Shown here: positions 38,355-46,347 of the stretch, piece by piece
How positions within the stretch are numbered: position 1 is the stretch's first letter
Layout of the letters: every line of letters begins with the position of its first letter
Virus record (IMG/VR): IMGVR_UViG_3300046542_000248
Span: 182,902-246,901 of that record
DNA: 64,000 nucleotides
Strand: one strand, 5' to 3'
Made by a program: the position numbers and the translations under genes
Notes under the pieces: generated by a model
Databases searched by the model: none
What the model saw: the letters and a program-made list of their open reading frames with translations, nothing else
What the model was told of the DNA's origin: nothing

Positions 38355-39227
38355 TTAAGTCATATTTCTATCTAGTGTAACTAAACGTCCTAAATGTGAA
38401 TCAACGTATTTAAGAATTTCTGGAAGTGTATACAAGATAGTCTCACATACAAGCCTTATTGATCTAAAGCTTTCGTCCGAGAGACTTCTTAGTTTTTTCA
38501 ATTGACCTTCGTAATAAGATAAAGATTCATTGATATCTTTCCATAGATCATAAAAATTACCAGCAAACTCAACGATATTTTGAACTTGATATGATGAGTT
38601 AATTTCGACCGATGGCACTCGTTTAAGTGTAATATCTATCGCAGATTTAGTGATGTTATTATCACTTGTAATATTGCGACCAATTATCACTTGACCCCAA
38701 GTAACTTTTCTAAGATCAGAAATACTTTGATACCGAGTCATCTCAGCAGTATCTCCATTATATACAGCATCAAATCTTCTAACCAATGAATCTTCAAATC
38801 TTTCCATTACATCTTTGAGATTTTTAATGGCATCTTTAGGAGAATATACCACATCTTCAAAAGTATCATAAAAAACAAAAGGTGTAAAATTCTTACCTAA
38901 TAGAGATTGTAATTTTGCTAGATGAGTATAAGTTAATTCTTGTTTTTTCTTTCTAAACAAATTCATTAGTAGCATTTTAAATTGACCTATTTTCTGAACG
39001 ATCATATCCAGAATTCTTCTGAAGATAAGATCTTTATTAGGTCGGTTAACAGGTACATCACTCTCTTGTAAGAGAGAATTACTCATCTCAGAAATATACT
39101 CCAAATCAATAAAAAGACTGGAGAAAAGTAAAGAGAAGTCATCTTTTGGAAGTGTAATATGTCCTGTATTTATATCACTTATGGTATATCCTTCTTGGAT
39201 GAGTCGAAGCTTGGATTGTATGTCCAT
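38355..39227 (-). CDS. internal head protein, KLxLIQEG family
   Basis: MDIQSKLRLIQEG; LQES; close paralog of 37451..38329. Confidence 0.75.
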   Translation of the reverse strand: MDIQSKLRLIQEGYTISDINTGHITLPKDDFSLLFSSLFIDLEYISEMSNSLLQESDVPVNRPNKDLIFRRILDMIVQKIGQFKMLLMNLFRKKKQELTYTHLAKLQSLLGKNFTPFVFYDTFEDVVYSPKDAIKNLKDVMERFEDSLVRRFDAVYNGDTAEMTRYQSISDLRKVTWGQVIIGRNITSDNNITKSAIDITLKRVPSVEINSSYQVQNIVEFAGNFYDLWKDINESLSYYEGQLKKLRSLSDESFRSIRLVCETILYTLPEILKYVDSHLGRLVTLDRNMT

Positions 39228-39288
39228 CACTAGGCAACCTCCTGTCAACGAATAATTTTTACTCCGTTGTAATTATAATTACAGGTTA

Positions 39289-39300
39289 AACACATCAATA
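39289..39300 (+). promoter_or_regulatory. putative late promoter AACA-N6-TA
   Basis: AACA catcaa TA. Confidence 0.6.
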
Positions 39301-39322
39301 ACGGTGATTTTTTTAAAAGTAA

Positions 39323-39360
39323 GTATAAAATATTATAAAGTGTGTATAAAATATTATAAA
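39323..39360 (+). repeat. 17-bp direct repeat gtataaaatattataaa x2, 21-bp period
   Basis: exact copies at 39323-39339 and 39344-39360. Confidence 0.9.
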
Positions 39361-39373
39361 AGGATGTGTAACT

Positions 39374-40657
39374 ATGAAAGTATTAAATGTTCAAAATTTA
39401 ATTGAAACTCAGGCTAATCTACGGCAGGAGAGAAATCTAAGTCAGTTCGTAAGATTCCTTGATACAAACCCTGTGCCATCGACTTATTACTCTATTAATA
39501 ACCCAGAATCTACCACTGAAATTGGTACTGGGGATGTTATGTCCTATGTGGCTGAAGATTCGCCAGTTCGATATAACAAAATTCTTAATCTACCTTTATT
39601 TTCAGTAAATGCAATCACTGCTACTATTACCTACGATGAAACAACTGGTACTTATACTGAATATGCTGATCAGGCTCAGGTATTGAATCAAACGATTCAG
39701 CCTAACCCTGGTGATGCATTCATTATCGGCTCATTTAATCCTGAAATTATCTTCATGATCACAGCAGTAGGTATCCGTGCTATTAAAGGTAAAGATCATT
39801 ATATCATTGAGTATTCGGTTGTACCTACTTCTCGAATCAAAAGAATCGAGAATCAAGTTACTGATACTTATGAAACAATTTACAGAAATATCGGTACTGA
39901 AGATAAAGCTATCATTAGAAGAGAAGATTATAATCTTCTTGAACAATGTGTAGATTCTTATGGTAAACTTCTTGACCGATACCTTGAGGAGAATTATGAT
40001 GACGATATTGGCTATTTACGAACTCCTGACAATCTATCAGATGATATTTTGGGAATGGGTACTTGTAAATATCTTATAAAGTTCCTTACCGATAATAGAG
40101 TAATCTATTTCGATGAGATTCTTGAAATGATCTTTGCATTTGAAACTCCATTAGCATTTGAACCTAAACACAATCGTAATTATAATAGAACTTTCTTCCT
40201 TCAAAAGTTTATTACTAAAACTATGGAGAAAGATATGATGAGTTATGTATCATTCAGATCTCTTCCTGTAAGTTTATTCAAAGAGATCGAAGATGTCACT
40301 CTATACCAATCTATTGAATTTGATTATTTACCAATTCAATGGGTAGAACCTACTCCAGACCCTGAACTAGAAACGCCTCCTGAAGAGGGAGAATTAGAAC
40401 TTGTATTACCTGAAGCTCCTTATGGTTCTATGCTATTATTAGATTATCTTTATACTAATAGTATCATTGATAAAAACTATGAAGGATTAAGTGGTTTGAA
40501 ACTTGTAGTTGCTAAAGCATACAATGATGAGAAAATTACTGTAGATGAATTTAATACAGCAATTAATGATTATGATGCTACAGACTTCGAACGTTTCTAT
40601 CTTATCCCATATGTATTATTTATTCTTAAAGTAAAGATCAAAGCCCTACAAAAATAA
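39374..40657 (+). CDS. virion structural protein (jumbo-phage neck/connector-like)
   Basis: TYYSIN..ESTT..G...Y...DSP.RYNKI and QPNPGDAF pattern; late promoter. Confidence 0.6.
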   Translation: MKVLNVQNLIETQANLRQERNLSQFVRFLDTNPVPSTYYSINNPESTTEIGTGDVMSYVAEDSPVRYNKILNLPLFSVNAITATITYDETTGTYTEYADQAQVLNQTIQPNPGDAFIIGSFNPEIIFMITAVGIRAIKGKDHYIIEYSVVPTSRIKRIENQVTDTYETIYRNIGTEDKAIIRREDYNLLEQCVDSYGKLLDRYLEENYDDDIGYLRTPDNLSDDILGMGTCKYLIKFLTDNRVIYFDEILEMIFAFETPLAFEPKHNRNYNRTFFLQKFITKTMEKDMMSYVSFRSLPVSLFKEIEDVTLYQSIEFDYLPIQWVEPTPDPELETPPEEGELELVLPEAPYGSMLLLDYLYTNSIIDKNYEGLSGLKLVVAKAYNDEKITVDEFNTAINDYDATDFERFYLIPYVLFILKVKIKALQK

Positions 40658-40667
40658 ATTATCAATC

Positions 40668-40679
40668 AACAATCGAATA
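40668..40679 (+). promoter_or_regulatory. putative late promoter AACA-N6-TA
   Basis: AACA atcgaa TA. Confidence 0.6.
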
Positions 40680-40712
40680 AGGCCTGATATAAATAAGAAA
40701 GGTGGCAAACCA

Positions 40713-41015
40713 ATGTTCAATTCTCTTGCACAAGCGCGAAAGCAACGAATGGTAAATGCTTTTCATAACCAACTTATCCGCGAGTCTGTATTAGATCTCG
40801 TTGAAGATGACGGAACTGGTGAAATTGGAATTGATTCCTCTCCGCTGCTAATGGACCCTGAAACTGATATTCCGGACGATGTATTGGATTCAGTTGAAGC
40901 CCGAGTTGATGAAGTAATTGCTGGTTTGGATATCAGCAATATGACAGAAGAAGAGTTGGATGCTGTAGCTGATCAAATCATTGCAGGTCTAAACACAACT
41001 TCTTCTGAAAACTAA
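40713..41015 (+). CDS. small acidic late protein (scaffold or internal-peptide-like)
   Basis: 100 aa, very acidic after IRES. Confidence 0.65.
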   Translation: MFNSLAQARKQRMVNAFHNQLIRESVLDLVEDDGTGEIGIDSSPLLMDPETDIPDDVLDSVEARVDEVIAGLDISNMTEEELDAVADQIIAGLNTTSSEN

Positions 41016-41040
41016 ACTAAAACGAAAAGAGGAATAATCA

Positions 41041-41775
41041 ATGTCTAACCAAGAAGAGCAAGTACAAGAAGTACAAGGACCGACTCATAAGTGGATCGTA
41101 GTAAACGATCTTAACCGTGAACTTTCCCCGATCGGGTACGGATTCCAAAGTCCGATTTATCGCCCATCGCTATTTCCGGTAGACATTATCGGTCAGCTTC
41201 TGAACGTTTCCAAAGTAACGGCAATGTTCGAAGTGTATGAACAAGATCACACGCTACAAGTTCCATTAAACAATGCTAACTTCCGCAAACCGTTTGATGT
41301 AATTTGGGCAGAAGTAAATCCAGAAACTCCATTCCCTTGGACAAATACAGTTGAAACTGTTGCAGCTCCTGCTGCTTCTACACCTGTACCAGCGGATATT
41401 GAACAGACCGAAGTTATTGGTTCTGTTACATTGACTGGTAAAGTGGATCTTCCTGCTGGCACTACTGTTGGTGGTGAAGAAATCGTTACAGCAAAAACTG
41501 ATGCTGATCCTGCCGCTGAAGTAGTTGAAGGTAGCGAAGCTGCTATTACTGAAACAGGTACAACTGAAGGAGCTTCGGAACAAACTGACGCATCCGCTAG
41601 TGAAACTGTTACAGAGCAAACCGATGCACCTGCTGCTGCTGAAGTAGTTGAAGGTGGAGAAACTGTAGTTAAAGAAACTGCTGAGAAAGTTGCTGATGTT
41701 GCTCCTGCTACAACAGAAACTACTCAACCTGCTGCTGGCAATAAACAACAAAAAGCTCAACAACAACGTCGTTAA
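41041..41775 (+). CDS. late protein with Ala/Glu/Thr-rich repetitive C-terminus
   Basis: AAEVVEG x2, EQTDA x2. Confidence 0.7.
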   Translation: MSNQEEQVQEVQGPTHKWIVVNDLNRELSPIGYGFQSPIYRPSLFPVDIIGQLLNVSKVTAMFEVYEQDHTLQVPLNNANFRKPFDVIWAEVNPETPFPWTNTVETVAAPAASTPVPADIEQTEVIGSVTLTGKVDLPAGTTVGGEEIVTAKTDADPAAEVVEGSEAAITETGTTEGASEQTDASASETVTEQTDAPAAAEVVEGGETVVKETAEKVADVAPATTETTQPAAGNKQQKAQQQRR

Positions 41776-41784
41776 TAAAACAAG

Positions 41785-41820
41785 CTCCAAGAGTCTTTCG
41801 AGGCTCTTGGAGTTTTATTT
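41785..41820 (+). terminator. intrinsic terminator
   Basis: ctccaagag/ctcttggag-ttttattt. Confidence 0.8.
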
Positions 41821-41834
41821 GTTATTATTCAAAA

Positions 41835-41846
41835 AACCTTTAATTA
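41835..41846 (+). promoter_or_regulatory. putative nvRNAP promoter, AACC-N6-TA class
   Basis: AACC tttaat TA before RusA. Confidence 0.55.
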
Positions 41847-41862
41847 GAATTATAGCAAAGGT

Positions 41863-42564
41863 GTGATTATACTGGCTAAACGACGATTTAAAAATAAGAA
41901 AACTAAAATATCAGAATACAATACAAAGTATCATGATATTCCTAAAGATGATCCAGTTGCAAGAGTAATGCATTGTATTGGTGATAAACTAACTGAAAGA
42001 CGAGTGAAAGAAATCATTCGTAGAAAGAATAAGATTCTTGCTGAACGTACTTATTCCTGTATCAATCTTACTCTTTATGAAGAGCCAAGTGGTAGTGAAC
42101 GACCACGTCATCGCTCTATCGGTGATATGATTACTACTTATGTACCTAATGCTAAAGATAATAAGAATTACATATTAAACTTTGTCAAGAAACTGAATAA
42201 AGATATTCAAACTGTTCATACTCCTATCTTTATCAAGATTGATATCTATCATCCGATGCCATCTAGTGCATCTATTGAAGAGCAGGTTTTATTTGAAGCA
42301 AAGATTATTCCTCCTGCTACTAAACCTGATATTGATAACGTCTATAAAGCATATACTGATAACTTGATCGAAATCTTATTCTTGGATGACGATCTCATTT
42401 ATAAAGCTAATCTGGAGAAATTCTATTCATTCCTTCCTAGGATTGAAATGAAGATCTATTATGCTGATCAATTTACTTCTAAATATATTTATGATAAGAT
42501 TCGAAACAGAAAGAGTTTCAAGCGAATCTCTAGTAAGATCGAACTATCTAAGCTAATTATGTAA
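41863..42564 (+). CDS. rusA: RusA-like Holliday junction resolvase
   Basis: KPDIDNVYKAYTD...DDDLIY catalytic motif. Confidence 0.85.
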   Translation: MIILAKRRFKNKKTKISEYNTKYHDIPKDDPVARVMHCIGDKLTERRVKEIIRRKNKILAERTYSCINLTLYEEPSGSERPRHRSIGDMITTYVPNAKDNKNYILNFVKKLNKDIQTVHTPIFIKIDIYHPMPSSASIEEQVLFEAKIIPPATKPDIDNVYKAYTDNLIEILFLDDDLIYKANLEKFYSFLPRIEMKIYYADQFTSKYIYDKIRNRKSFKRISSKIELSKLIM

Positions 42565-42599
42565 GTATATATTCTTGATAAGAAGAGAGGATTTATTTC

Positions 42600-42866
42600 A
42601 TGCAAAATAATGTCGAGATTCTTCAAAAGATGACAAAAATGGTACTAGAAGAAGCTGAGAAAAATACTTTTGATTTTTCAAATTCTCAAGATAGTAAGTT
42701 GGAAAACATGATGGACAATGTTTATAATCGCGTAGCTCATTATCTTGCTAGACATGAAGGAGAAGTTATCCTTGCCCCAAGATGTATTATGAAAAATTCA
42801 AAGATTTACATAGTATCAATAGATCTCTGTAAACGCCCTGTTGACATTGATTTTAATATCAAATAA
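42600..42866 (+). CDS. hypothetical early protein
   Basis: TATATATTCT variant at 42566-42575; SD gagagg. Confidence 0.6.
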   Translation: MQNNVEILQKMTKMVLEEAEKNTFDFSNSQDSKLENMMDNVYNRVAHYLARHEGEVILAPRCIMKNSKIYIVSIDLCKRPVDIDFNIK

Positions 42867-42875
42867 TTATCTTAA

Positions 42876-42887
42876 AACCTTATATTA
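42876..42887 (+). promoter_or_regulatory. putative nvRNAP promoter, AACC-N6-TA class
   Basis: AACC ttatat TA before the lysin. Confidence 0.55.
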
Positions 42888-42912
42888 ATCCACTGAAAGG
42901 AATGATTAATTA

Positions 42913-44127
42913 ATGAGCAGCATTTTCGGTTATGATCGTGGCGGAGCACTTAGTTCAACTCAATTGAAATCTCTTGCAACGTATGAAGGAGGTAAGTTCA
43001 GTAAGTTCTTTATTCGTTATCTTGCTGAATCTTATTCTTGGAAATACTTCTCCTGGCCCGAGGTAGAAAGACTTTTGGCAGAAGGTTATATGATCGGATC
43101 TGTATTCGAAGACGGTGCAGATAGTATTAACGAAGGTTATGAAGCTGGTAAAGCGGCTGCTGGTAGATCCAAAGCAACTGCAATCCGCGTTGGTCAACCT
43201 AAGAAAAGTGGAATCTTCTATGCAGTAGATTATGATGCACCTGCATCTGATTACGATGCAATTGAAGCATTCCTTAAAGGGGCACAAGAAGTTCTCGGTG
43301 ATGACTTCTTTGCTGGTGTTTACGGTAAGTATGATGTAATTGAAGAAATGGGTAAACGGAAAGCATGTAAATACTTCTGGCAAACTCTTGCTTGGAGTCG
43401 TGGTAAACTTTCCGAATTTGCTGATATGTATCAATACAAAATTGATACTCCTGCAAACGGAATTAACGTTGACTTCAATGAATGTTTCAATCCTGAGTTC
43501 CTTTGGGGTCAATACAAAGAACCAGTTCCAGTTCCACCTGTTGTAGTGGTACCTCCGAAGATTGTAACTCTTTCGATGTATGATGATGTACCAGTAGATC
43601 ACTGGGCAGCATCGGCTATTGAAAAAGCTTTTAAGAAAAACTTTATGAGTGGCGTTTCGGATAGAAAGTTTGGTCTTAACCAAGAAGTTACTCGTGAACA
43701 ACTTGCGGTAGCTCTTGATAAAGCTGGTCTTTTAGAATCTGATGCTTTTGCTAAAACATCTGCAAGCTTAGTATATAGTGATGTGCCTGAATCTCACTGG
43801 GCAGCATCTGCTATTATGAAAGCTTTTAACAAAAATGTTATGAGTGGTGTTGGTGGTGGTAAGTTTGGTCTGGGTGAAGAACTCACTCGTGAACAATTTA
43901 CTACAGTTCTAGCTAACCTTGGTCTTATTACAATGGGTGAATCCTATTGGAAAATTCCAGATATTTACACAGATGTGCCGTCCGATCACTGGGCAGTTAA
44001 ATCCATCAAAAACGCATACCTTAAAGGTGTGATTGTTGGTGTGGGTGAACACCAGTTCGGTATGGGTGAAGCTGTAATGCGCGAACAACTTGCAAAAGTA
44101 TTCGACAACATGGGTAAACTGGATTAA
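42913..44127 (+). CDS. peptidoglycan hydrolase: GH25-like (DUF1906/Rv2525c-type) domain + three SLH domains
   Basis: FIRYL, FYAVDYD, GVYG, FWQTLAWS; three DVP..HWA..I...G....FG....TREQ repeats. Confidence 0.85.
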   Translation: MSSIFGYDRGGALSSTQLKSLATYEGGKFSKFFIRYLAESYSWKYFSWPEVERLLAEGYMIGSVFEDGADSINEGYEAGKAAAGRSKATAIRVGQPKKSGIFYAVDYDAPASDYDAIEAFLKGAQEVLGDDFFAGVYGKYDVIEEMGKRKACKYFWQTLAWSRGKLSEFADMYQYKIDTPANGINVDFNECFNPEFLWGQYKEPVPVPPVVVVPPKIVTLSMYDDVPVDHWAASAIEKAFKKNFMSGVSDRKFGLNQEVTREQLAVALDKAGLLESDAFAKTSASLVYSDVPESHWAASAIMKAFNKNVMSGVGGGKFGLGEELTREQFTTVLANLGLITMGESYWKIPDIYTDVPSDHWAVKSIKNAYLKGVIVGVGEHQFGMGEAVMREQLAKVFDNMGKLD

Positions 44128-44135
44128 TAATTAAT

Positions 44136-44170
44136 AAAGGTTAGTGGGATTTATTTCCCACTAACCTTTT
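44136..44170. terminator. bidirectional terminator
   Basis: aaaggttagtggga/tcccactaaccttt. Confidence 0.85.
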
Positions 44171-44195
44171 ATACTGAAATAAATAATTGTAATAA

Positions 44196-44933
44196 TTATT
44201 TGCCGGTCCACATATCCATCATTAATTTTTTAAGGGTAGCTTCAGTCATTACGAAATAACCGTTTTGACCCCAATTTTTACCCCAACTGTTGAGAATTTT
44301 GTAATATGTCGTTGTGCCCTTTGTATAGTAATCTACGATTAATACCTCATGACCACCAAGTTGCTGTTCTCCACGCTTAGGTGTCGGAACAATACCAGTT
44401 GTTGCAACCTTTTGGGATTCAAAGGAATTATAAACGAGCATTCCAAGTGCTACAACATCACCGGCTGCTAAGGCGGCTTTAAGCATTGATGCATCTGCAA
44501 TACGATGATATTCACTAATTTTATATTTAGCAGCTTCAGTTTCAGCAAGAGCTGATGGTTTAGTTGTGAAATCAGTATCATGGTATGGCATCAAACTGTC
44601 GGTACATACACCAAGGGTGTTAAGTACTTTCATACCATCACGAGGATAAGCGCCAGAATCCTGTGATATGGTCCCTTCAATAAGACGCTCATGCCAATAA
44701 ATGTAGGAACGGGATACAACCACAAATGGTACACCAGCTTGTTTTAGACGATACATTTTGAGACTTGCCAATGCATTGCCAGTACATGAACCTTGCTGTC
44801 CCTGATCAAAAACCCAATCAATTAATATCGCATTGTTGGTTTGTTTCGGTAGCAGTGATGTATCACTAACCGTTGCACGATAAAATTTGTCTTTCAAATT
44901 CTGCTTATCTTTCAATACTGGATACTTTTTCAT
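44196..44933 (-). CDS. papain-like C1A cysteine peptidase
   Basis: DQGQQGSC, GGHEV, LNSWGKNWGQNGYF. Confidence 0.92.
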   Translation of the reverse strand: MKKYPVLKDKQNLKDKFYRATVSDTSLLPKQTNNAILIDWVFDQGQQGSCTGNALASLKMYRLKQAGVPFVVVSRSYIYWHERLIEGTISQDSGAYPRDGMKVLNTLGVCTDSLMPYHDTDFTTKPSALAETEAAKYKISEYHRIADASMLKAALAAGDVVALGMLVYNSFESQKVATTGIVPTPKRGEQQLGGHEVLIVDYYTKGTTTYYKILNSWGKNWGQNGYFVMTEATLKKLMMDMWTGK

Positions 44934-44967
44934 TTTATCACCACTCCTATGATTATAAATTATCGTA

Positions 44968-44979
44968 CATCAGAATGTT
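44968..44979 (-). promoter_or_regulatory. putative late promoter AACA-N6-TG
   Basis: minus strand AACA ttctga TG. Confidence 0.55.
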
Positions 44980-44983
44980 CTAA

Positions 44984-45508
44984 ATGAAAAAGGAGGAGAA
45001 AAGAATTATGGATGAAATTCAATTGATAAATATTTTTGAAGAGAACGTAGTTATCCATCCCAACATGAATAGCCTCATCAAGAAAGAATTTAACAGTAGC
45101 AGGATTCAAGATCTTATCAGAAAAGATTCATTCTATGGTGAAGCTTTAGATAGTGATATGATCCTAGCAAGATCTGTATCTGATTTGAATATGATTCAAG
45201 ATAGAACTTCAGCGATTCAAATTCTTTCTCTTAAAGAAGATGGAGAATCACTTAAAGTTACTTTTAAATTCCTAGAGAATAACTTTGCTCAAGAGGTAAA
45301 ACAAACCTACATAGAAAATCCTCAATCCTATAAAATTCGCGCAAGAGCATTTACTGATTCTGGTCAAATGACATTCTTTCTAGTGACTTTTGATCTTATT
45401 CCTAATTTCCCATTTAGAACTGTGGGAACTGTTACACGAACTGAAAAAGGATTTTCTTTAAGAGCAATTGATTATGCAATGAAAGAAACCGAAAGGAATG
45501 ATAACTAA
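44984..45508 (+). CDS. hypothetical protein
   Basis: 174-aa ORF coupled to the kinase start. Confidence 0.6.
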   Translation: MKKEEKRIMDEIQLINIFEENVVIHPNMNSLIKKEFNSSRIQDLIRKDSFYGEALDSDMILARSVSDLNMIQDRTSAIQILSLKEDGESLKVTFKFLENNFAQEVKQTYIENPQSYKIRARAFTDSGQMTFFLVTFDLIPNFPFRTVGTVTRTEKGFSLRAIDYAMKETERNDN

Positions 45509-46305
45509 TGGCTGTAACTGGAAAACGGATGAAGAAGTGGAAATTTAAAAAACCTTATGTCATCGGAATCGAGGGATTAGATGGTACAGGTAAGGAAACT
45601 AGCACTAAAGGTTTAAAAACTCTTTTGGAATCTAAGGGATATAAGGTTAAGATGGTTTCTTTTCCTATGTATCATAAATGGCATGCATTCTTGGTTAGCT
45701 ATTTCTTAAAAGGGAAGTTTGGTAATTCTCCATATTCAGTTTCACCAAGAATTGCATCATTATTTTACGCCATTGATCGCTTCTTTGGTTATCATTTTGG
45801 AATCAAGCAGGGTATTAAAGCAGAAGCCGAAGCTACTGGTCATCCTTATAACTTCTTGATCTTTGATAGATATAGCACTTCAAATATGTTATACCAAGGT
45901 GCTAAAGGTAAAACGATTAAGAAAGGTTTGAGGATTGCTAAGTTTGTTGATTTTGTTGAGCACACCTTATTCAGATTACCACGTCCTAATAAAGTTTTTT
46001 CATTAATATCATCTGCTGAACAATCTAGGGATGGTATGAAGAATAGAGAAGCCCTTGATATATTGGAGAAAGATCTGGACTATCAGCGCAAAGTACGGAA
46101 ATTCATGAATACTTTAATCATGGAGTATAAATGGTTTCCAGTTGCTACTAGGAAAGATGAAGCTCCATATGAATGGTATCCTGTAGAAGATATTGCAGAA
46201 GTTATGTATTCTTTTATTGATTTCCCTGCATTGGCTGCAATGAAACTTTCCAGTGGTACTGAAATTGGTATCGTTGATTCTATTACAATTACGAAACACA
46301 GATAA
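45508..46305 (+). CDS. tmk: thymidylate kinase-like (deoxy)nucleotide kinase
   Basis: IEGLDGTGKET, SFP, LIFDRYSTSN..YQG, LPRP. Confidence 0.85.
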   Translation: MAVTGKRMKKWKFKKPYVIGIEGLDGTGKETSTKGLKTLLESKGYKVKMVSFPMYHKWHAFLVSYFLKGKFGNSPYSVSPRIASLFYAIDRFFGYHFGIKQGIKAEAEATGHPYNFLIFDRYSTSNMLYQGAKGKTIKKGLRIAKFVDFVEHTLFRLPRPNKVFSLISSAEQSRDGMKNREALDILEKDLDYQRKVRKFMNTLIMEYKWFPVATRKDEAPYEWYPVEDIAEVMYSFIDFPALAAMKLSSGTEIGIVDSITITKHR

Positions 46306-46306
46306 A

Positions 46307-46347
46307 ACGGATAGGGAGAAATCCCTATCCGTCTTTCTTATTTTTTT
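46307..46347. terminator. bidirectional terminator
   Basis: acggataggga/tccctatccgt. Confidence 0.8.

Noticed and set aside
41500-41700. Diversity-generating or phase-variable repeats
   Set aside because: The repeats are in-frame low-complexity peptide duplications (AAEVVEG, EQTDA) and no reverse transcriptase is present.
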